64,000 nucleotides of DNA from Candidatus Gottesmanbacteria bacterium UBA6580 (lineage in GTDB: Bacteria > Patescibacteriota > Microgenomatia > UBA10105 > UBA927), in contig DJJA01000001.1 in assembly GCA_002433895.1 (NCBI GenBank), positions 15,438-79,437 of the forward strand. The letters run 5' to 3'. Position 1 is the stretch's first letter, and every line of letters starts with the position of its first letter. The notes under the pieces were generated by a model. The model did not search any database, was not told the origin of the DNA, and saw only the letters and a program-made list of their open reading frames with translations. The translations under genes and the position numbers were made by a program. Shown in pieces: positions 39,597-47,676 of this stretch.

Positions 39597-41244
39597 TGAC
39601 CTGATTGTTCCGGTATACTTCCTTCAAAAACGGATACTTCAGTTTCAAATCACTTACTCCCCCATCTTCCCGCTCCTGGGGGCCAAAAAATATGTACGCC
39701 GCTCCGATTGTGGCCACAAAATCACGCGCCTGTGTCTCGTGCATATTTCCGGCAAAAAACTCGCGCACTTTTTCTTTTTTTCCTTCAAATGCCACCGTGT
39801 TGTCGTGCCCCGCATATACCACATGACCGATATAGGCAGGAATATAATTGCCGGCAGTTGTCTCACTCAGCACGACACCGTTTCCTTTGCCGTGATCATA
39901 AATAAACTGCATACCGGATACAAAGTCTTTTAATGGATACATCACATAACTTCCTGTGGGAACCAACGGCAGTGTTGCCCTGATTTTATGATCAACAAAA
40001 TCCCGCTGCCAGAGATACGAAGAATACATATGGAATAACCCAACAATCACTAATACAACAGGAAAAAATGCTGCAATAGGTGCTGTAAGATACTTCCGGG
40101 AAGCATAAAAAAGATATGCGGTAAGTACCCCGAGCGGTACGTGCGGTATCATTTCAGAAAACCTCAGCGGACTCTGTTGTGGAATAAACGCAAATACCCC
40201 CAAAAGCAATCCCCATCCCAACACCCAAGATACGGCAGGAAAAAGCATAGTCTCCCAACGGTATAGCGCCACAATAAGCCCCAATACACCCAATGGCAAC
40301 AGAGGACCCATGGCCTTGCCATATTCAATATAATCAAACGGAAGTGGCCTAATTATGTCTACCTCTGCAAGACGTTTCCAGGGATATACCCCCGTCATCA
40401 ACGCGAGATATGCTAAAGAAGCCACGCTTGTCATAACGATTGCCGCATACGGCACTATCCATTCCCGTTTCCATCCCAAAAGCATGACCCATATACCCAT
40501 AACCACATAGATAAACAGCAGTCCGGGTGGAAATATCATACCGAGGATAAATGAAAGTAGCCCGATAAACACGACGTTTTTACTTTGCCGGACGACTTCT
40601 TTCCGGGTAACCAACAAAATAATGGCAATAATAAGCCCCTGACCTGCCAACAAATGCGGAATAAACGTAATCCGCTGCAAACTATCCATCACCGACCACC
40701 AGGACATATACCCCCCGAATCTCCAGCTCTGCATATTGGTAAATGTTGCGGGAATGATCGTTGTATCGACTACCGCCAACAATTTCGGCCAAGATGAAGC
40801 TGTCACGGCAAGCAAAAATGCGATGAACACCCAAAATGGCTTGTCTTGCCGCAATCCGGCAAGCGATTTTTGTACAAACACCGCAACTGCTGCGAGCATT
40901 GCTACAGCCAGCACAAATCTCGCGACATGATAAATATCACCCGGCCGGTGCAGCGGCACGCGGGAAAATCTGCCTGACTGCCCCAAAAGGATATAAAACT
41001 CATGGATGAACGACCCATCATGTGGCTCGGATGTGTACCGCTCAACCGCAGTCCACCGGCCCTCAAGCCCCTGACGGATCCGGGAGAGATAAAAATTGTA
41101 ATCAGTGGGGAAATTATGAACAAGCTCGAAATGTCTATCCGCGTGAAGCTTATCCGCGCGCGACAACTCATAAAATGTTGGCACGAACGAAAACAACACA
41201 AAACATACGGTCGTGAAATAAAGGATCATTTTCCTTAACTGCAT
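39580..41244 (-). CDS. Multi-TM membrane protein, putative GT-C (paralog family 2 of 3)
   Basis: DYNFYLSRIRQG..G.W....YTSE, RITFIPH, VYAGHDNT. ATG 41244 lies 7 nt after TAGAAT. Confidence 0.7.
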   Translation of the reverse strand: MQLRKMILYFTTVCFVLFSFVPTFYELSRADKLHADRHFELVHNFPTDYNFYLSRIRQGLEGRWTAVERYTSEPHDGSFIHEFYILLGQSGRFSRVPLHRPGDIYHVARFVLAVAMLAAVAVFVQKSLAGLRQDKPFWVFIAFLLAVTASSWPKLLAVVDTTIIPATFTNMQSWRFGGYMSWWSVMDSLQRITFIPHLLAGQGLIIAIILLVTRKEVVRQSKNVVFIGLLSFILGMIFPPGLLFIYVVMGIWVMLLGWKREWIVPYAAIVMTSVASLAYLALMTGVYPWKRLAEVDIIRPLPFDYIEYGKAMGPLLPLGVLGLIVALYRWETMLFPAVSWVLGWGLLLGVFAFIPQQSPLRFSEMIPHVPLGVLTAYLFYASRKYLTAPIAAFFPVVLVIVGLFHMYSSYLWQRDFVDHKIRATLPLVPTGSYVMYPLKDFVSGMQFIYDHGKGNGVVLSETTAGNYIPAYIGHVVYAGHDNTVAFEGKKEKVREFFAGNMHETQARDFVATIGAAYIFFGPQEREDGGVSDLKLKYPFLKEVYRNNQVIVYIP

Positions 41245-41270
41245 ATTTCCCATTCTAACCTAAACCATGT

Positions 41271-41300
41271 TTGACTTTATACCCTGATGCTTGGGATAAT
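41271..41300 (+). promoter_or_regulatory. sigma70 promoter, likely leaderless, for the rmlC-like gene
   Basis: TTGACT-18-(TGG)GATAAT, 6 nt before ATG 41307. Confidence 0.6.
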
Positions 41301-41306
41301 CCCATT

Positions 41307-41858
41307 ATGAACACCCTGACAGACGAAGCAATCGATCAGAAACTCCGCGATAAAGTATACGAACAGGACTACTCCCCCAAACCCACTATCGAAGGTGTCG
41401 TTGTCGTGAAGATGCGTAATTTTGTGGGAGAAAACGGCGATTTCTCTGAACTCATGCGGCTTAATGAACACGGTGAGTCAGAACTCATCCCGGGCTTCCG
41501 GCTGCGACAAGTGAACCGAAGCAAACAATATCACAAAGCCATTAAGGCATGGCACCTCCACTACAAGCAGGATGAAATGTGGTATGTGCCGCCTGATGAA
41601 CACTTACTCCTCGGGCTGTGGGATGTGCGTGAAGGGTCACCAACCAAAGGAACACTCCAAAAAATCCCATTGGGAGGAGGCAATTCCATTGGCGTATACA
41701 TCCCGCGCGGTGTGGCGCATGGTGCCGCAAATTTTTCAGGAAAAAAGGCAAATGTTTATTATTTTGTAAACAATCAATTTAACCCCGCGGAACCCGACGA
41801 ACATCGCCTCCCCTGGGATGCTGCGGGCGCTGAATTTTGGGAAGCCCCCAAAGAATAA
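41307..41858 (+). CDS. rmlC: dTDP-4-dehydrorhamnose 3,5-epimerase family (RmlC-like cupin)
   Basis: IEGV, G.FSE, QVN.S, KAWHLH..Q, DVREGSPT, YIPRGVAHG. Confidence 0.8.
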   Translation: MNTLTDEAIDQKLRDKVYEQDYSPKPTIEGVVVVKMRNFVGENGDFSELMRLNEHGESELIPGFRLRQVNRSKQYHKAIKAWHLHYKQDEMWYVPPDEHLLLGLWDVREGSPTKGTLQKIPLGGGNSIGVYIPRGVAHGAANFSGKKANVYYFVNNQFNPAEPDEHRLPWDAAGAEFWEAPKE

Positions 41859-41922
41859 CCGGAGTACGCCGATGGGATAAAAGCGGTGGTAACCTCCCGG
41901 GAAACGCTTTATACTACATCTT

Positions 41923-42582
41923 ATGGAACGCTCATCAGAAAAACAGGTAATCATACCTGCTGCCATCATTAGTGCAGTACTTTTTATTGGCGTATTTTTT
42001 TCCTATGTATCCGCACGTCAGAAAACGGGCACCGTGGTATTGCCCGGTGGCATTACGTATCTCGGCCCGACACCAACCGCCACACCAACCTCAGGAGATA
42101 CATCCGGAACAGAAGGGAAAATCCAGATACCAGCAGGCACCACCTGGAAGGAACGGACCGGAGCCACATTCCCCTACGCATTTATGTATCCTGAAACACT
42201 AGCGCTCGGAGTTTTCCCCGATGATCCGTATGATGCTATCACTGTTTTTCATCAGGGTACTGATGCCAACGCGAATATATTTTTCCGGGTCGAAAATCTT
42301 ATGACGCTCAAGAAGGAGCAATATATCGGTAACCCCATGGAATACGCCTCCACCTGGTGGCAGGATTACGCTTGGGAGGGCGCCGAAAACGTACGCGCAT
42401 TTACCAACAGTTCAGGGCTGAAAGGCTATCGTGCCACGTATCGGAATAGTCAGGGAAAAACCCCGTATGACCATGTGTTCTTTGAAGTACCCGGAAAGCC
42501 GCATCTCATTATTTGGATGAGCGGCAGATTATTTGAGCCTTTGGTGTTTGACCGCATGGTAGATTCGGTTTCGTGGCAATAA
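41923..42582 (+). CDS. Hypothetical membrane-anchored extracytoplasmic protein
   Basis: Single TM, PT linker, alpha/beta domain ending FDRMVDSVSW. TATACT lies 7 nt before the ATG. Confidence 0.75.
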   Translation: MERSSEKQVIIPAAIISAVLFIGVFFSYVSARQKTGTVVLPGGITYLGPTPTATPTSGDTSGTEGKIQIPAGTTWKERTGATFPYAFMYPETLALGVFPDDPYDAITVFHQGTDANANIFFRVENLMTLKKEQYIGNPMEYASTWWQDYAWEGAENVRAFTNSSGLKGYRATYRNSQGKTPYDHVFFEVPGKPHLIIWMSGRLFEPLVFDRMVDSVSWQ

Positions 42583-42606
42583 CCCCCTCGTCACCCTCCC
42601 TCATTC

Positions 42607-42635
42607 TTGACTTTTTATGTCCTATAGTATATAAT
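42607..42635 (+). promoter_or_regulatory. Near-consensus sigma70 promoter
   Basis: TTGACT (42607-12), 17-nt spacer, TATAAT (42630-35); ATG 9 nt downstream. Confidence 0.75.
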
Positions 42636-42644
42636 CTCCCTCTT

Positions 42645-43322
42645 ATGTTGAAAGAGCGGTGTCTACAATCTGACGCTCTCGGACGGCAAGCAAGTGAATT
42701 TGTTGCGTGGAGTGCCGCCACCGGCAACGATCTCTCTCGCATGCGCAATGTGTCGCGTAAAAAAGCGCTTCATTTGGTGACCGAGTCCCCAAATTTCCGC
42801 CCGTTTCCTCTGGAAAAAATCCAGATACTCCACCCCCGCGACTACTATCATTATCCGGCCGTTCTTCTTGCGCGCGACCATACGGGCACAGAAACCCACA
42901 TACAATCGTTTAACATGATAACCGGAGCCAAGCAGCGCTATGCGTATATCATACAATCCGAAAAATCAGGTACTGCGGTCAGCGCGGCGATTACCCGTAT
43001 TCTTCCGCTTGAACCTTCCGGCGTTTCCATTACATTCGGAAAAAGGAGAGATCATCCCAATGCCGTACGTAATCACGGTACGAGCTGTGTCCATATTGAC
43101 CTCACTGGCAATGTGTATGCCATCGCGCCGAGATCATGGAACAAAGATACGATCGTTGATTGGGTAAGCAGCGCTCTTCATCACCTGACCCATGGCATCA
43201 GCATGCAGCGCATGCAGAATACAAGAGAGCTGTCATATTTAGGCGCAAAATTCGCTCATCCGAATAACGGCGGCAATCTGTCATTACCGTTTCCCGAACA
43301 CCCAACGCTTTTAGATAAATGA
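42645..43322 (+). CDS. Hypothetical protein
   Basis: ORF downstream of a strong promoter; start reassigned from 42573 to ATG 42645; no recognisable motif. Confidence 0.65.
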   Translation: MLKERCLQSDALGRQASEFVAWSAATGNDLSRMRNVSRKKALHLVTESPNFRPFPLEKIQILHPRDYYHYPAVLLARDHTGTETHIQSFNMITGAKQRYAYIIQSEKSGTAVSAAITRILPLEPSGVSITFGKRRDHPNAVRNHGTSCVHIDLTGNVYAIAPRSWNKDTIVDWVSSALHHLTHGISMQRMQNTRELSYLGAKFAHPNNGGNLSLPFPEHPTLLDK

Positions 43323-43326
43323 TACG

Positions 43327-44874
43327 ATGGTAATCGTGTACACCCTCCTTATTGCCACCATCGTTTTGCTTGCCACCATCGAAAATATCGCACCGTCGAT
43401 CATAGGATTCCTTGCAACACCACCCGATTATGTTTTCCTCGGCACGGTGCACCACCCCGGCGACTATTTTTATTACCTTTCACAATTTACCCAGGGTGAA
43501 AGCAGGTGGCTCACTACCATCGATCTTTTTACCAGCGAACAACTAACACCATCGCTCATCGGTTGGAGCAACGTACTGACCGGAAAAATGTTCTCCCTTG
43601 TGCACCTCTCGCCGGTTACGGCATATCAGATGAGTATCGTCGTACTCACTGCAGGAGTACTTACCGCGGCGTACATGCTCGCTCATACCGTCCTCCGGAG
43701 CCGTAGCGCTGCCACCATAGCACTGTATTTCTTCGCATTGTTTCACGCGTTCCCCGTCCTCCGCGACGGCAAGCCGTCATACGGTGACTATTGGAACAAT
43801 TTCGCGGTTCCCCGGGTACGTTTCGGAGGCGTACCGCACCAACTGATGCTTCATACAGCCTCCATGATACTTCTATATGGCCTTATACAATGGGTGCAGT
43901 ACAAAAAGTATTCGTGGAGAATGGGGCTGGTTATTTGCGTCGCGAGCTTTGTGCTTGCCAGCCTGCAACCGGCGCTGTGGGGTATTATCGCGGCTACAGC
44001 GGTAGCGACTGCAGCCTACCGCAAACAATCTGTCCGCACGCTTTTCATCCTGCTTTCCGCTTCGGGTGTGGCACCACTCCTTTATATAACATCGCTTTTC
44101 CGCACGTTGCCGTTTCTTCAGTTGAAGCTGTGGGAAGCTGGCGAGCAAAACGTGCTTACCCTGGAACACTTTATCCTTGCCACAGGACCCATACTGCTTC
44201 TTTCCTTATTTGCCGTGCCGTTTTTTATGACCCCAAAAACGTACAGCAGATACCTAAGTGCCGCACTCGCTTTTTTCCCTATCCTTCTATTTTTCTCGCC
44301 TATCCCTGCGTATATCGGTATATCCAACGCGCGGGTACTCTCTCCCCTCACTATCCTCCTGCTTTCGGTTATTGCCGCGGCAGGCATAGAAAGTCTCGTG
44401 GCACACAAAAAAATAATTGTACGGACAATGGGCGTTTTACTCGTCGCAATACTCTCGTTCACCTTGCTGCCCAATCATCAAAAAACAATAAAGCTCGTAA
44501 GCACATTTGACGCCAACAATGTATACCAGTATCTTCCGGCGTCGGAGTACCGCTTCTTCCGGGAAATTGGCGCAACGCACTCTTCACGTGATATATTCCT
44601 GGTCTCCCCACCGTATAACCTGGTATTTCCGGCGCTTTCCGGCAAACGAAGTTACCACGGACATCCGCTCCTCACGATCGAAGCGGAGCAAAAAGACAAA
44701 AACGCGAACATGGTGTTTACCGGGGCGTTAACCGGCCATGAGCTACGGTCTTTTCTCAGCACTACCGGGATCACCCATATAATCGCGCCACAAGAAATTG
44801 CCCACTTTGCTTCGCTCCCCTTTCTCAAACGCACAACAGCCTCAAAAACCCTGATTTTATACGTGGTCGAATAG
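43327..44874 (+). CDS. Multi-TM membrane protein, putative GT-C (paralog family 3 of 3)
   Basis: DYFYYLSQFTQG...W....FTSE, RFGGVPHQ, RSYHGHPLLT. Confidence 0.7.
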   Translation: MVIVYTLLIATIVLLATIENIAPSIIGFLATPPDYVFLGTVHHPGDYFYYLSQFTQGESRWLTTIDLFTSEQLTPSLIGWSNVLTGKMFSLVHLSPVTAYQMSIVVLTAGVLTAAYMLAHTVLRSRSAATIALYFFALFHAFPVLRDGKPSYGDYWNNFAVPRVRFGGVPHQLMLHTASMILLYGLIQWVQYKKYSWRMGLVICVASFVLASLQPALWGIIAATAVATAAYRKQSVRTLFILLSASGVAPLLYITSLFRTLPFLQLKLWEAGEQNVLTLEHFILATGPILLLSLFAVPFFMTPKTYSRYLSAALAFFPILLFFSPIPAYIGISNARVLSPLTILLLSVIAAAGIESLVAHKKIIVRTMGVLLVAILSFTLLPNHQKTIKLVSTFDANNVYQYLPASEYRFFREIGATHSSRDIFLVSPPYNLVFPALSGKRSYHGHPLLTIEAEQKDKNANMVFTGALTGHELRSFLSTTGITHIIAPQEIAHFASLPFLKRTTASKTLILYVVE

Positions 44875-44889
44875 GCCTTTGTTGCCTAC

Positions 44890-44919
44890 TTGATTTATAA
44901 TCCTATAGTATGGTACACT
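44890..44919 (+). promoter_or_regulatory. sigma70 extended -10 promoter
   Basis: TTGATT-18-TACACT with TG extension; ATG at 44931. Confidence 0.55.
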
Positions 44920-44930
44920 TTCGTATTGAA

Positions 44931-45737
44931 ATGACTACTGCCGAGTTTCGACCGGGACCGGACATCATAAATCCGCACGCTCCTAACTTCAGTGAGCTTC
45001 ACTATCACGTTCGCATAGACGCGATGACACCCGACGATAAACGCTACTGGCTCTCCGATCAAATCCTCAAAGAGGAACACCGGCTCCTCCGTGAACCATA
45101 CAATATGCCGCAGGTACGCGCTGAGGCAAAAATCATGTTTTTGACCGGTGGCCCCAAATCAGACGTTACCGAAGCCCGTGACTTTGACGGCAACCTTATT
45201 CATACCCGGCATTTGGATCACCCGCGACCGATGTTTGCGGAAATCCCGGAGGCATTAAGCTCCATTTCCCACTGGTTTGACATGACCATCCAAAGTAAAG
45301 AAAACAACACGCTTCCACCATCTCCGGTCGCTCCGCTTTCTGAAATAGCCGACGTGGTATACAACATTTCCCATCTTCTTACGCTCGATGAATATTTCTG
45401 GGAAGAATACAACGAATACTTAAAGCGTATCGCGGGATCGTTGGGATATGATTTGGATCAATTACTGACTATTGCGGTCTATAAATACAATTTCCGGCTG
45501 GGACAAGGAAAATCACAAAAAAATATCGGCATTGAAAACGAACTGATCAATAAAGTACTCGCAAAAACGGGACCGGATGGTAAACCATTATTCCCGGCAC
45601 CAAGCGAATCCCAATTCCAAAAAACATTTCACACTCTGGCTGAAATCCAGACGCTCTTAAACACGCGACTCGAACAACTCCGGCAGGAATACGAATGGGA
45701 AAAAAACCCGGTTCTCCCCAAAGACACCACAAAGTAA
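44931..45737 (+). CDS. Hypothetical protein with MazG/all-alpha NTP-pyrophosphatase-like motif
   Basis: AEIPEAL...SEIADVVYN...LGYDLDQL....YKYNFR resembles the EE.GE...E.ADV...LG.DL...K...R pattern. Confidence 0.5.
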   Translation: MTTAEFRPGPDIINPHAPNFSELHYHVRIDAMTPDDKRYWLSDQILKEEHRLLREPYNMPQVRAEAKIMFLTGGPKSDVTEARDFDGNLIHTRHLDHPRPMFAEIPEALSSISHWFDMTIQSKENNTLPPSPVAPLSEIADVVYNISHLLTLDEYFWEEYNEYLKRIAGSLGYDLDQLLTIAVYKYNFRLGQGKSQKNIGIENELINKVLAKTGPDGKPLFPAPSESQFQKTFHTLAEIQTLLNTRLEQLRQEYEWEKNPVLPKDTTK

Positions 45738-45772
45738 TTTCATAACGCCGCGTTTTCCCGTATGATAAGAGA

Positions 45773-47623
45773 GTGTCACACAAGACCCGATTACTGCTGT
45801 GTATTGGTCTCGCCCTGTTACTCAGGGTTATACTTATCCCTAACCCGGGATTTGAGGCGGATATCTCGTTTTGGAAATCGTGGGGGCTCGCTACCGTCGA
45901 TTATGGCGCGGTAGAAGGGATGAAACTCACCAACAATAATTACCCCACTCCGTTTACCTACACATTAGGCGCTATGGTGTGGGTATATAAGCTGTTTGCG
46001 GATCCGCATAATTTCCATGAATTCTGGAGCAATACCAATATATTGTTTTTGACCATCAGCAAAATGCTGCCTATTCTGGCGGATTTCGGCATTGCGGCCA
46101 TTATCCTGTACATCGGCAGGCACACTCACTCTACCAGCCGGCGATTTGGCTTCCCTGAAGTTAAATTATCATTCTTCCGCCTCACTTTTTACGAATTGCT
46201 TGCGGTGATGTACTTACTAAACCCCATCTCCCTCATGGACGGCGCGTGGTGGGGGCAGGTTGACTCGCTGGGCGTATGTATCTTTTTGTGTGCCGTGGTT
46301 TTGGCACTCAAAAAACAACCGATGTGGGCAGGGGTCATATTCATGCTCGCTATGATGACCAAGCTCCAAAACATCATTTACGCACCGATATTTTTCCTCT
46401 TTATATGGCAATACCTGGGCTATACCGGGCTGATAGCTGCAATTGGTGGTGCCACCCTCGGATTTTTTGGTCTGAATATAGAATTTATACTCTCCAAAAA
46501 CGCCGACCGGGTGCTTGCGTCGCTTACTGAAAATTACGATTACTTCCCATGGATGAGCCTGATGGCATACAACCTCTGGTGGATTGTGTCCGGAGCGCAA
46601 GGGCTTATAACCTCCGACAAGCTTACCGTGCTTGGCATACTCAACGCAAAAACCGTTGGACTCATGATATTTAGCGCTATGTACCTGCTTGCGGTAACCC
46701 GCCAACTGCTGGATAAAACAAAAACACAGGCGTCACCTGTCTTACAAACATTTATCGAGAGCCTCATCATCGCAAACTCGGCATTTTTTCTTTTCCAGAC
46801 GCAATCACATGACCGATACGCTTTTCCCCTCACGGTATTCCTCCTGCTGTGGACACCCTTTTTCATCACGCAAGCAGGATCGAAGTACGTCATGCTGCGG
46901 ACACGGCTACTGGGTATCGCCTATATCGTGTTTTCCGTATGTTATTTCTACAATTTGCACACTGCCCTTGTGGTGAATTACCCGCAAAACGGGCTCCCGT
47001 TGCTCTCAATGCTCACACAACCATTTTTTACCCTTTCCACCGCATACATCCAGCTCGGATTATTTTTCCTATTTTTATATGCGATCATCCATTCTTCAGC
47101 AGTGTCACGTCGTACAGCGCTCTTTGTGTTTGTCATTCTTACCTCATCACTTGTGTATCTCAATCTGCCGCTTATCCAAAAAAAGCCAATCTTCCTCACC
47201 GCCCTATCGCCTTTTATCAGTGAGCAGGCATATGGAACACGCCAGATACATAAATCCGTGCAAAGCTCATTTGGCGGCCCATACAAATGGACCCGGCTTT
47301 CTGTACAATATTTATTCTATAAGCACGGCATTGGCACGCACGCAAACTCAAAGCATGTCTTTGACATCGCGGGCAAATTTACCCGGTTTACGGTAGATTA
47401 CGGTATAGACACCGAAGCAGGCACCAAAGCATCGGCAATATTCGAAATTTACGGGGACGGGACACTACTCTTCCGGTCACAACCCATGGGGCGCTTTGAC
47501 CTTCCAAGGCATGCCGAAGTGAATATCACCGGCGTACGCCACTTATGGTTGGTAACCACAGACGCGGGAGATAACAATTATGATGATCATACCGATTGGT
47601 TAAACCCAATCCTTTGGCCATAA
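45773..47623 (+). CDS. GT-C membrane glycosyltransferase fused to a C-terminal NPCBM/NEW2-like carbohydrate-binding domain
   Basis: DISFWKSW...NYP, K..PILAD, NP...DGAWWGQVDS, HDRY; C-terminal GIGTHANS...FEIYGDG...DAGD...DHTDW.NP. Confidence 0.78.
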   Translation: MSHKTRLLLCIGLALLLRVILIPNPGFEADISFWKSWGLATVDYGAVEGMKLTNNNYPTPFTYTLGAMVWVYKLFADPHNFHEFWSNTNILFLTISKMLPILADFGIAAIILYIGRHTHSTSRRFGFPEVKLSFFRLTFYELLAVMYLLNPISLMDGAWWGQVDSLGVCIFLCAVVLALKKQPMWAGVIFMLAMMTKLQNIIYAPIFFLFIWQYLGYTGLIAAIGGATLGFFGLNIEFILSKNADRVLASLTENYDYFPWMSLMAYNLWWIVSGAQGLITSDKLTVLGILNAKTVGLMIFSAMYLLAVTRQLLDKTKTQASPVLQTFIESLIIANSAFFLFQTQSHDRYAFPLTVFLLLWTPFFITQAGSKYVMLRTRLLGIAYIVFSVCYFYNLHTALVVNYPQNGLPLLSMLTQPFFTLSTAYIQLGLFFLFLYAIIHSSAVSRRTALFVFVILTSSLVYLNLPLIQKKPIFLTALSPFISEQAYGTRQIHKSVQSSFGGPYKWTRLSVQYLFYKHGIGTHANSKHVFDIAGKFTRFTVDYGIDTEAGTKASAIFEIYGDGTLLFRSQPMGRFDLPRHAEVNITGVRHLWLVTTDAGDNNYDDHTDWLNPILWP

Positions 47624-47676
47624 CATATGAGAATTTTTCAGCATCTGGTAAATAGCTAATAGTTAATTGTAGACAT

